DNA of 63,816 nt, filler included, from Octopus bimaculoides (Eukaryota): NCBI RefSeq assembly GCF_001194135.2. It is 6 parts of 5 records of this genome, joined end to end, with 100 filler letters (N's around TTAATTAATTAA, not from the genome) between each part and the next. Parts side by side here need not be neighbours in the genome. Positions count along the whole stretch, not along the records: positions 1 to 22,469 come from NC_068984.1; positions 22,570 to 51,786 come from NC_068983.1; 4 more parts are not named here. One strand, 5' to 3'. How positions within the stretch are numbered: position 1 is the first letter of the stretch; each line of letters begins with the position of its first letter. Positions 11,508 to 22,617 of the stretch are shown here, in pieces. The notes beneath the pieces are model-generated. The model was not told where the DNA came from. It saw only the letters and a list, made by a program, of their open reading frames with translations, and ran no database searches. The position numbers were made by a program, and so were the translations under genes.

Positions 11508-12372
11508 TATTTCTTTTAAATTGCCATAAAGGCATTACATAGAGGGGGACACTACAACACATGTGGGGACATATAACAAAATAAAAATATGATGCTATGA
11601 ATGACACATGAAAATGAACATGAGAAACATTAAAATCAAAATATTCAAATAATGATACATGAATGATTACTGAGAAACTTCGTTTACCGTTTTCCCAATT
11701 GCTGAGTGACAACACTCTCTCCTCCATGTACACGTAACCTTTTTCACTGGGAGAGGAGTCTTGTAAATTTTGTGGTGTCTGTTCTTTCTTCTTTTTTTTT
11801 CCGGGGAGAGAGGAGGTAGGTGCGTTTGGTGTCTGTATGAGGAGGGTGGGTCTGAGTGGTATTGGGTGGGATGGAGTTGGTCTGGGGTCCATCATCACAC
11901 TGACTGTTCTTCCTCTTCTTCCTCTTTTTCCTTTTATTCTCTGTCACTGTCCATTCATCCTCCTTGTTCCTTCCATCTATCTGTACTTCTTCCTTTTTCT
12001 CCTCCGTCTCCACCACCGCTTCTTCTGTCATTTTGCTCTGCAGAGGGCAGTGCGCTCTAATGTGGCCCTTTTGGCCACATTTAAAACATCGTGGGATTCT
12101 GGCCTCCACCACACTCTTAATACAATCTCTCCCAACGTCACCGTCTCCGCCAAACCGTCCAATTGCCTCTCCTCTGCCTGTATAATGAGGTCCAGTGTTT
12201 TTCCTCCCCGTCCTCCGTTTCCGTGGCTTGGAGGACAGCCACCTCCTCCTCACTTCCAACGAGGACGGCTGTCGCAACCCAAACCACTTCTATATCTGGT
12301 GGAATTCCTTCTGCCCTCACATTAGAAGTCTTTCTTCCAAGGTACGTGGGTAGAAGTAACACTTTCTCCGTT
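11508..12372 (-). mobile_element. Internally deleted L1/Tx1-like non-LTR retroelement: ORF1 fragment with CCHC zinc knuckle, joined to a probable ORF2 end and 3' UTR
   Basis: Frameshifted minus-strand peptides PTYLGRKTSNVRAEGIPPDIEVVWVATAVL and VVEARIPRCFKCGQKGHIRAHCP (CX2CX4HX4C); the first is similar to PTYCGKRATRVRIGRVPPEIDEALLVAAIL at 30432-30983. A-rich end ...aatttaaaagaaataaag on the minus strand. No RT or endonuclease between them. Confidence 0.72.
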
Positions 12373-12631
12373 TTTAAATAAATAGATTCAATTGACAATC
12401 TAACAATTATATTATAATATAACATAATATACTATGAATATAATATAACATAAAAATTATTTAAAAACTCAAAAAAGCTAACAATTTGTTTCGACTTATA
12501 TACATTATTTGATTTATAAACAATTCATATCCATGTATATAAATCTCTTTGGTGTTTTGGTTCGAAAGACAGACGAAATTCCGTATGAAAGGAATTTCGT
12601 CTGTCTTTTGAACCAAAACCCAAATAATGTA

Positions 12632-13873
12632 TCAGGTTGAGTAAAAAGTAAGCAACGTTTTGAACCATGAAGAATTTGTACCGGATTTTTGAAGAGTTTT
12701 GAATTTTTTAATCATTTTTTTTGTAATTGTCTGATAATACAGACATAGTCTAGCTCAAATGCATCAATAAATTGATATTTTCTTCATCGTTGTTACAATC
12801 ATCTCAAATGGAACTATCAAAGAACGATATTCAAGCAATTTTGCTATTCACCTTCAAAAAAGGACGTAAAGCAGCTGAAACTACTCGCGATATCAACGAA
12901 ATATTTGGTGAGGAAGTGACCAGTGAGTGGTCAGCTCGAAAATGGTTTAAACGATTTCGCAGATCGTGAGCGTAGTGGACGCCCATCTGTCATCGATGAT
13001 GGTCAATTAAAGACCGTCATTGAGAAAGATCCACGTAAAACCACTCAAGAGCTGGCAAAAGAACTTCACGTTAGCCAGGAAACTGCCTGCAACCATTTGC
13101 ATGCGATCGGAAAATCAAAAAAGTTTGACAAATAGGTACTACACGATTTGAATGAAAATCAGAAAATGTCCAGATATGAAATTTACTCGTTGCTTCTTTT
13201 CCGTAACCAGACCGATCGATTTCTCGACCGTATTGTAACTTGCGATGAAAAGTCGATTCTGTACAATAATAAAAAAGTTCTTTGCAATGGTTGGATCAAT
13301 ATGAAGCACCGAAAACCTTCCCTAAACCTGAGCTCTTCCAAAAGAAGGTTATGGTGACTGTTTCGTGGTGTACTGCTGGACTCATCCACTATAACTTTTT
13401 AAAACCCGAAAAACCATTACTGCAGAAACATATTGCCATGAAATTGCCACAATGAACGAAAATCTGCTACTCCTCCATCCCAGACTGGTCAACAGATGAG
13501 GGCCAATCATTCTTCTTGACAATGCTCGACCACACGTTTCACTGATGACGCTCCAAAAGTTGAGGGAACTTGACTACGAAGTTCTTCCCCACTCAGCTTA
13601 TTCCCCAGACCTTTCTCCTACCGACTACCACTTTTTCAAGCACCTTGATGGTTTGCTGCGAGAGAAAGAGTTCGAAAAGCAAGCCGATGCTGAAAGTGCG
13701 TTCGAAGAGTTCATCAGTTCCAGATCTCTAGATGTTTATGTTACCAGAATAAACAAACTTGTAACTCGTTTGAAAAAAATGTGATGATTGTAATGGCACT
13801 TACTTTGATGAATAAAATTTCCGCATTGTTGAAATATGTGATGAATTTCATGTTTCAAAACATATCAGCCTGA
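12632..13873 (+). mobile_element. Full-length but decayed mariner (Hsmar1/cecropia-like), 1242 bp, TA target duplication
   Basis: TA|tcaggttgagtaaaaagtaagcaacgttttgaaccatgaa at the left end; ttcatgtttcaaaacatatcagcctga|TA at the right end (right TIR partly deleted); TA at 12630-31 and 13874-75. Confidence 0.92.
12808..13815 (+). pseudogene. Mariner transposase pseudogene (frameshifts and stops)
   Basis: Fragments MELSKNDIQAILLFTFKKGRKAAETTRDINEIFG, RSGRP, RIVTCDEK, LDNARPHV and HSAYSPDLSPTDYHFFKHLD: HTH plus mariner catalytic motifs spread over several frames. Confidence 0.9.
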
Positions 13874-14505
13874 TATATAAGTCCAAACAAATTGCTGGTG
13901 GGGTCTGGTTTTTTAATAATTTTTTACATTATCTTATCTTATACTATATTCATAGTATATTATGTTACATTATAATATAAATAAATTGTTAGATTGCAAT
14001 TGAATCTTTCTATTTAATTCATTGTTTATAACTTGTATTATACTCCTATTTCTGTGGTATTCAACTGACGTATCAGTGAATTGGATCTTTTACACACCCC
14101 TTTGAAGGAATTTCTTTCCTTAGTTTTTTACTCATATATNNNNNNNNNNNNNNNNNNNNNNNNNNNNNNNNNNNNNNNNNNNNNNNNNNNNNNNNNNNNN
14201 NNNNNNNNNNNNNNNNNNNNNNNNNNNNNNNNNNNNNNNNNNNNNNNNNNNNNNNNNNNNNNNNNNNNNNNNNNNNNNNNNNNNNNNNNNNNNNNNNNNN
14301 NNNNNNNNNNNNNNNNNNNNNNNNNNNNNNNNNNNNNNNNNNNNNNNNNNNNNNNNNNNNNNNNNNNNNNNNNNNNNNNNNNNNNNNNNNNNNNNNNNNN
14401 NNNNNNNNNNNNNNNNNNNNNNNNNNNNNNNNNNNNNNNNNNNNNNNNNNNNNNNNNNNNNNNNNNNNNNNNNNNNNNNNNNNNNNNNNNNNNNNNNNNN
14501 NNNNN

Positions 14506-14565
<60 letters not shown>

Positions 14566-14844
14566 GTGAGTTTGTGTGTGAGTGAGTTTTTGTGTAAATG
14601 TATGTATGTATGTTTGTATGTAAGTGTTTCTCGAACCTATCGGCCCATTAGGCTGCTGCTTATTCCGATTTCCGTGACGTTTATATGAATTGAGAATCGA
14701 AGAATCCCATTTTTCGTCGGTTCTCATTTTCAGCTGAATACTGGATAAGTCTATACATGTATGAGTGTACACTCATATGACTCAGGTTTGCATTAACTAA
14801 AAGTTACACATTAAAAAAAAAAAAAAAAAGATTTAATCAATAAT

Positions 14845-15255
14845 AGACGCAGGTATGGCTGTGTGGTAAGAAGATTGCTTTGCAACCACATGGTTCCAGG
14901 TTCAGTCCCACTGCGTGGTATCTTGGGCAGGTGGTATCTTCTACAATAGCATAGGGCCGACCAAAACCTTGTGAATGGATTTGGTAGACAGAAACTGAAA
15001 GAAGCCCGTCGTATATGTATGTGTATGTGTGTGTGTCTTTGTGCATGTCTCTGTCCATCATCACAGCCTGACAACCGGTGTCGGTGTGTTTACATCCTCA
15101 TAACTTAGCGGTTCGGTAAAAGAGACCGATAGAATAAGTATTAAGCTTAAGAAATAAGTCCTGGGATCGATTTCTTCAACTATAACCCTTCAAGGAGGCG
15201 CTCCAGCATGGCCGTAGTCAAATAACTGAAACAGGAAATGGAATAAAAGAATATG
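14845..15255 (+). mobile_element. SINE family A copy, near full length
   Basis: agacgcaggtatggctgtgtggtaag...ggttcagtcccactgcg...gggccgaccaaaacc...gaagcccgtcg...gctccagcatggccgtagtc. Confidence 0.82.
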
Positions 15256-16065
15256 GAACTGCCTGGTTCTGTATCAAATGTTATTAAATAAGGTTGTCAT
15301 CGGCTCATGACTCTCATTAGGCGAAAGATAAATACAAACTAGTAACAGCAATATCCACCAGTTTGCTTACCATCATTTACTCTATAGATCACAAACTGGA
15401 ATATCACACGAGGCTCAATGTTGCTAGGGAGCGAATCATTGATTTTATATACAAATATATATAAGCCTGCTACATGTATTGAGTACTATCTTTCTCGTTT
15501 GCAATACTGAACACGTAAAACTATGTTGAGAAATAGATTGAACTCTTTCATATGAATACATACTTTTAATATATACATACACATTGATTTTACGTTGGTG
15601 TAATTTATTAATTTATTTATTCAAAATGACATCCTAAGATTGTATGAGATCGTGTTTCACTTACCGTATCTTTTCAATAACGACAACAACACAAGAATCT
15701 ATACCTTCTAAACATACTGTGATTTGATTACCGTCATAATGACTCTCTTTCAAATCGGAAAAAATTTAGGGAAAATTTGAATAGAGAATAATTTTGGTGT
15801 CCAGCTTCAATTATCGATTATCTTACTGAAGATTCCATTAGGATGAAACTGAATTGGTCTCAGATATTTATGACGTATTTCTTGCTGTAAAGTAAAGAAT
15901 TACATATTCGTTACTTCTTGAATTGAGATCTCTATTTTGTTACATACAAGTATATTTTAATATCCTAAATTAACATATACGTTAACTATATTTAAATGCA
16001 TTATATGTATATAAGTATATATACGCGTGCGCGTGTGCTCACGTTTTTGCATGTGTGAAAATAAC

Positions 16066-16112
<47 letters not shown>

Positions 16113-16129
16113 TAATAATAATAATAATA

Positions 16130-16327
16130 GTTTCAAATTTTGCCAGAAGGACAGCAGTTTTTGGGGTGGGGATGAGTCGATTACATCGATCGTAGTATTC
16201 AGCTAGTACTTATTTTATCGACCTCGAAAGGATGAAAAGCAAAGTCGACTTCGGCTGAATTTCAACTCAGAGTGTAGTGACGGGCGAAATGCTCGGCGTG
16301 CTAACGATTCTTCCAGCACGCCGCCTT
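16130..16327 (-). mobile_element. SINE family B copy flanked by (AAT)n
   Basis: Reverse complement of the whole family B unit, ending cgtgctaacgattcttccagcacgccgcctt. Confidence 0.8.
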
Positions 16328-16352
16328 AACAATAATAATAATGATGATGATG

Positions 16353-16403
<51 letters not shown>

Positions 16404-16504
16404 TAAGAGCATCACAGCAAACCGCAGCACATACCCAAGGCACACAGAGCTGCGCTCGGTAGTGAAGTGAAAGCACGTTATAAAAATAAAACTACTGAAC
16501 AACA

Positions 16505-16505
16505 A

Positions 16506-16536
<31 letters not shown>

Positions 16537-16571
16537 AAGAAGAAGAAGAAGAAGAAGAAGAAGAAGAAGAA
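16505..16571. repeat. (GAA)n microsatellite
   Basis: About 21 perfect AAG units. Confidence 0.95.
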
Positions 16572-16574
16572 TCA

Positions 16575-17160
16575 CGCCGGGGTCACCATACAATGCCCTG
16601 ATGCAGTACCAGATAGTGGCTCGCATGGCATCTTATGTTAACTGATTGGAAGTGTTATCAAGTACACTCATTAGTCTTGGTATAAAAGATGGGCTACAGC
16701 AAATATTCTGCTCAATACCACAGATTTGCTTGTCAGTTGTTTGACCTTAACTTGTTGAGCATGTACCTTGGTGGCTGACAATATGTACATCTCTCATCAC
16801 GAGCAGAAGTAATGGAGGAGCATCGTAGCCTTCAGAGGAATTCTTTGGGGTTTGGATAATTCACCTCTGAAAACATGGGTGTTTCGTTCCTTAAACAACC
16901 CTTATTCAGGGACCTTTTGAGCGGGATGGGCTACTCGATCTGAAAAAAATACTAACTGGGTCCCACCTGCAAGGTCATGCGCTGTTTATCTTGATATGAG
17001 ATCCCATGTAGCGCACATATGGTTGTGATTCATGTGCTTGGTGTACCCTTATCGGACGGGTGGTCATGATGGGTATATTGAACTTCGTATATTTGTAACC
17101 CAGCGTCACTTTGATGGCATGTGCTGCTCTCTCACTCAGTGATAATAATAATAATAGTAA
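16575..17160 (+). mobile_element. Interspersed repeat with an (AAT)n tail, probably a non-LTR retroelement 3' region
   Basis: 16720-17140 aligns in reverse with 52440-52850; both copies end ...ctctcactca + AAT-type tail. Confidence 0.6.
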
Positions 17161-17447
17161 TAAAAACAGTGATGGGCACAGGGCCAGCAATTTTAAGCAG
17201 AGAATCTTAGTCGATTCTGTCGTCTACAGTACTACATTGGTTATTCATTTTATTGACTCCAAAGGGACGCAAGGCAAATTTTATATCGACGGGATTTCGT
17301 CTCAAAATTTAAAGTATGACAGTAACTACCGCAAAACACTTGTCCGATGCTCTAACGACCGTCAATCCAGTACAATAATAACAATAATAACAAAAAAATG
17401 TACAAAGACACAACAAAGTTACATAGTACTCAATGTACAAGTGGAGT

Positions 17448-17660
17448 AAGGCAGCGAGCTGGCAGAATCTTTAGCATGCCTGATAAAATGCTTAGCGACA
17501 TTTCGTTCGTCTTAGCGTTCTAAGTTCAAATTCCTCCGAGGTCAACTTTGCCTTTCATCCTTTCGAGGCCGACAAAATACGTACCAGTTGAGCAATTGGG
17601 TCGATATAGTCGGCTTGCCCAACCCTCGAAATTTCTGGTCTTGTGCCAAAATTTGAAACC
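17448..17660 (+). mobile_element. SINE family B copy
   Basis: aaggcagcgagctggcagaatctttagcatgcc...ttgtgccaaaatttgaaacc. Confidence 0.82.
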
Positions 17661-17682
17661 AGCTTACAAGTAGAGTATTATT

Positions 17683-17889
17683 GGTTTCAGATTTTAGTAC
17701 AAGGCCAGAAATTTCGGGGTTGAAGGTAAACTGATTGCCATGGACTCCACTGGTACCTATTTTATCGACACTAGAAGGATGAAAGGTAAAGCTGATATTG
17801 GTGGAATTTGAACTCAGAACGTAAAGACTGATGAAATGCCACAAAGTATTTTGCTCGGCGTGCTAACGATTCGACCAGCTCACCGCCTT
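17683..17889 (-). mobile_element. SINE family B copy, tail-to-tail with 17448-17660
   Basis: ggtttcagattttagtacaaggcc...gtgctaacgattcgaccagctcaccgcctt. Confidence 0.8.
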
Positions 17890-18544
17890 TCGCATTCAGA
17901 TTACTCTGGCAAATGTAAAGCTTATTTGTTCGCATTTGGTTATTATGAAAACAAAACAAACACAAAATAACTCAAAAAAGAAAAGAAGTTACAGCAGATA
18001 CAACAATGAACCTGAGAGTATTTCGATGAAAGTTCCACGCGTTCGCTTCCTGCATGAATAACACCTTAAGAAACTTAAGTGGAATAACTATATAATACAT
18101 TGTGTAAGTAGTTATTTATTTTGTTACGCACATACATACACAGACACAAACATACATACGCGCGTACATAAACATATTGTATATGATCGCATGTAAGACG
18201 CATTTTTGGCACAAATATGGTCTGCTACAAATGTATGCGATAGAAAGAAAGATGATTCACTGAGTATTCATGCTGTTTTTATAGAAAAGGCGATAAAAAA
18301 AGATGTGACGGTTAATCCTTTACATTCTAACTAAACTTTGTGGGTACCAGAAGAAAAATACTTCATTTGCAATGTTTTCACCTATCTTATTCGGTCTATT
18401 GCTTATACGAACCAATGAAAAGCTCAATAGGTGGTGTTACGAGATGTTTTACAGCTGGCTATCCTTGTTTTATTGAGTCTAGATAAACGTGTTATAAGTG
18501 TTATAGTGTTACGCATTCGTTCTGATAAATGTAAGTACTGATTC

Positions 18545-18796
18545 TGGCACTTCGTCGGATACGACGACGAGTGTTCCAGTTGATTCGATCAAACGAACAG
18601 CCTCCTAGTGGAATCATCGTCCAAGTGGTTGAGCATTCCACAGACACGCGTGCCCTTAACGTAGTTCTCAGGGAGTTTCAGCGTGACACAGAATATATAT
18701 TGGCTGGGTCCTTTGGATAACAGTTACAACTTATTTTTCCGCGAGAAATCGAACTCATGACCTTACGATGAATACCCTAGCCATTAAGCCACGCGC
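18545..18796 (-). mobile_element. Short SINE related to family C (tRNA-like head plus shared 3' domain)
   Basis: 18545-18720 matches 18826-19000; 18740-18796 reads on the minus strand gcgcgtggcttaatggctaggg...gagttcgatttc (A/B-box-like). Confidence 0.65.
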
Positions 18797-18818
18797 TTTC
18801 ATAGTATATCTTTACTGC

Positions 18819-19201
18819 TGTTGTTGGCACTCCGTCGCTTACGACGACGAGGGTTCCAGTTGATCCGATCAACGGAACAGCCTGCTCGTGACATTAGCGT
18901 GCAAGTAGCTGAGCACTCCACAGACACGTGTACCCTTAACGTAGTTCTCGGGGATATTCAACGTGACACAGTGTGAGAAGGCTGGCCCTTTGAATTACAG
19001 GCACAACAGAAACAGAAAGTAAGAGTGAGAAAAAGTTGTGGTGAAAGAGTACAGCAGGGTTCGCCACCATCCCCTGCCGGAGCCTCGTAGAGCTTTAGGT
19101 GTTTTCGCTCAATAAACACTCACCACGCCCGGTCTGGGAATCGAAACCGTGATCCTATGACCGCGAGTCCGCTACCCTAACCACTGGACCATTGCGCCTC
19201 C
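18819..19201 (-). mobile_element. Full-length tRNA-derived SINE, family C, with an 11-bp TSD
   Basis: Minus-strand head ggaggcgcaatggtccagtggttaggg...ggtttcgattcccagacc; CAA-type tail; direct repeat atctttactgc at 18808-18818 and 19202-19212. Confidence 0.88.
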
Positions 19202-19619
19202 ATCTTTACTGCATAAATACAGTAAAGATATGTACATCTATTTTTATTACGCTCTTGTACACTAGAACATGAAAGACATTCTCTAAGGGATTTTGTCTCG
19301 AAGGAAATTTTTTTTCAATAGACTTCGCGATTAAAAACATACTGAGCCGAGCTCCGCATATTGTCGCTTAGAGATATAGTATTGGCTAATAGTATTTTTA
19401 GATAAAATATTTGCCAATAGTATTTTTCTTTTGAATTTCAACTTTATTGTCCCTTTGTGTTTTGTGTTACTATTTTGTTTATCGGTTTTTGGTTTGCTTT
19501 TTTTTTTCTCAAATACTGTGTAGTGTATGTACATTCCGTTTAATTTATGCACATATCTATGTGTAATGTAAAAAGCGTATAACTTGAAGTTTCCAGCAAC
19601 TCAATATCTAAGATTCTGA

Positions 19620-20480
19620 AGGTGGCGTACGTGATACATGCGTCACGACAAGATTCTTATGAGATAGAAGACCAGAATCAGTCAAAATATTTTTGTTATC
19701 AAAATAAGGTTTCAACGAGTTTTCAAAGCGGAAATATGGACGGAACCCTCAAACTTTTCCTTTTTTTTTTTTTTTTGGTGGTGGTCGTGGTGGAGGCAAT
19801 CGAGGAGCAGATAGTATTGGTATTAAAACTGTCAGAGTAAGAACAACAGGACATTCTAACAAGACATTTCACCTCCATGGCTAATGGCACGACACTGCTC
19901 CCAAATAAGATTACTTTTGAACGTAAAGCAATGTCAGAGAGAAATTCCTCTTTAATGAGATCGTTCATTTTCACTAAAAAAGTTGGATTGGTGAAGAGCG
20001 TGTGATTCTACAGTTACAGAAAGTGCGACCGCAACCTCCAATGAGTTATCTTCGCAATGGTTGTAACCAGCTGATTTGGAACATATTCCACATGCATCTC
20101 TTTGATCGTACCAAATAGTTGAACTATCCTACGAAGTGCAAAGTGTATGAGCAATGGATGTAATGAATATCATCGGAGGAGGTGGGCAAAATCAAGTAGC
20201 AGTAAGCTTGAAGAAACTTTCACATTTTCGCAACAAAGTTTGTCGAGACGTCACGGAATGCTCCTTGGGTCATAAATGAACATCGAATCTTTCAAGAAAT
20301 GTGTCTTCTTTAATGCACTTGACGATAAAGAAGATAACATTTTGTGGAAGCACGATGCTGATCAGGCGTCAACATCAGTTTTTGATGACTATAATGATAT
20401 TACACTTGATGACCTTATGATACAAGAGCAGACCGTTCGGTTTTACAATAGGATAACAATGATGAACCATTTCAATTAAT
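19620..20480 (+). pseudogene. Highly decayed pogo/Tigger-like (DDE_1) transposase
   Basis: Fragments in shifting frames: GNMDGTL (cf. GNMDETP), KTVRVRTTGH, MANGTTL, SWIGEE and SFKKCVFFNALDDKEDNILW, in the order expected for pogo transposases. Confidence 0.7.
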
Positions 20481-21494
20481 TTTTTCCTTCTTTTTTTTTT
20501 TTTTTGTCTTCGCGTGCGAAATTCAAAATGGTGTACATATATGTGTGCATATGATTACAGCGTATTTGAAAACTAATAAAAAACATCCTGCTTAAATGAA
20601 GAAAAACAAAAAATACACCTTATTTAACAAAATATATGTTTGTATTCATTTATTCTCACGGTGTAAAGCATTAGAAAATACATTAATGAACAACGTCAGT
20701 TTCTTGGCCATGTGACAAAAAATTTAGAACCATTCTCGATGATTAATGAACCATTTCCAAGCAGAAACCCCTCACATAATACGTAATATTCCAACAAATG
20801 TCCCCTTTGAAAACATTAACGTATCGAATAACAATGAAATTATTGATTTTACAATAACCATCACTGTGCTTTTCACAAAACATCAGCATGTAGTCCAGAT
20901 CTGATGCAACAGTTCACAGGCCTTGATATTTTCTACTGATCGTGATTGTATGAGGTTATGCATATGATACCTGAATCAGGAATGATTCCTCTTTCATGCT
21001 TGCTGAAGTAGGGCGCGATCTTGCTAAAAATATTTCCTCATGCATCTTCAGCTCTTCTACCAACGAAACTACATTTACTGATATATTTCAGTACTATAAT
21101 GATACGTTAGCATCTACCAGATTCTTTTAATCGACAAGATATATAAAAATGGCATTTCACAACCCCATAATAATAAGAAATGTCATCTGGTTTAATCCTC
21201 CTTGTAACCAACAAGTTTCTAATCGTATAGCTAAAATATTCTTCGAACCGTTATAGATACACATTTCACCATTAGTATTACAAATTTTTTATCACTAAAT
21301 TATTAGAAATAGTGGATTGAATTTTAAAAAACATAAACAACAGTTAATAATTCATATTTAAATAGTATATTGAATTATTTCTCTATATGATGTTAATTTC
21401 TGCTCTTTTGCTGAGTTTCATTTTGTTTTATACTACTGCTCAACCACTTAGCAAACACTGCAGTCCCATTTCATTTTACTGTTAATGGAAAGTA

Positions 21495-22469
21495 TTGGGT
21501 TGGCAACTAAGTTCCCGCCGTTTTTTTTTAATTTTGGAATTTATTGCGTTTTTAAATTTTGGAATCTATTTTTTTCGACAATTCTATTTTTGAATTATTT
21601 TTTAATCTTTTTTTTTTTTTCTAGTTAATTTTAGTTAATTTTTGTTTATTTTCAGATCATTGAAATGGAATGTCAAGTTAAGAAAAACGAGCATTTTCGA
21701 CACTTCCCTTTTGCTTTTAATCAAGGTTCTAAGGCCGCAAAAGCTACTCGCGACATTTGTGCTGTGTATGGAGAGGGTGAAAGAACTGCTCGTGATTGAT
21801 ATGCCAAGTTCAAAAATGGAAATTCTGACCTCAAAAATGCACCTCCATCTGGCCGTCCAGTTGAGTTCGATGAAGAGCGATTAAACCAACTTTTGCACGA
21901 AAATTCTCGTCAAACGACAAGGGAACTGGCAGAGAAAATGGAATGCTCCTTCATTGATATAGAGGAGCATCTTAACTCGATGGGAAAGGTTCAGAAGTAT
22001 GGAGCATGGGTTCCGCATGCCTTAAGTGACAACAAAAATCAACGAGCCACAATCTTCGCTAGTTTGCTTGCTCGTCACCGCGCAACTCATGGATACAAGC
22101 AACGATTTCTTTACCAAATCGTTACTGGCGACGGAAAATGGTGCCTGTACATCAAAATGAAGCAGCGTAAGGAGTGGCTTAGCTCCGGTAACCAAGCGAC
22201 ACCGCGCGTGAAACAAGATCTTCATCCGCGTAAAACGATGTTGTGCGTATGGTGGGACTGGGAAGGGATTATCCATTACGAATTGCTTGAACGGAACCAA
22301 ACTGTTAACGCGGAACTCTATGTTCAACAGATGGAACGTCTCAATACGGCTATTCAAGAGAAAGACCTAATCGGCAGCATAGAGTTCTTCTGCTGCACGA
22401 CAACGCCCGCCCTCATATCACCAATATGACCAAGGAAGCCATTCAAACGCATGGCTGCCACACCCGCCG
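21495..22469 (+). mobile_element. Second mariner element, transposase pseudogene from about 21665; 3' end lost in a gap
   Basis: TA|ttgggttggcaactaag TIR; peptides MECQVKKNEHFRH, SGRPVEFDEERL, WVPHALSD, VTGDGKW, KTMLCVWWDWEGIIHYELL and frameshifted LLHDNARPHI. Confidence 0.9.
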
Positions 22470-22569
22470 NNNNNNNNNNNNNNNNNNNNNNNNNNNNNNN
22501 NNNNNNNNNNNNNTTAATTAATTAANNNNNNNNNNNNNNNNNNNNNNNNNNNNNNNNNNNNNNNNNNNN

Positions 22570-22617
<48 letters not shown>

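Larger units (their letters stand above)
12374..14017. repeat. AT-rich foldback / MITE-like element, about 400 bp without the insert, with ~135-bp inverted arms; right arm interrupted by a mariner
   Basis: Left arm 12374-12510 (tagattcaattgacaatctaacaat...acaatttgtttcgacttatatacattatttg) is the imperfect reverse complement of 12621-12631 joined to 13876-14017. Confidence 0.75.

Noticed and set aside
18819-19201. tRNA-like A/B boxes in SINE heads as tRNA genes
   Set aside because: Each continues into a SINE body and tail, and no complete cloverleaf is evident.
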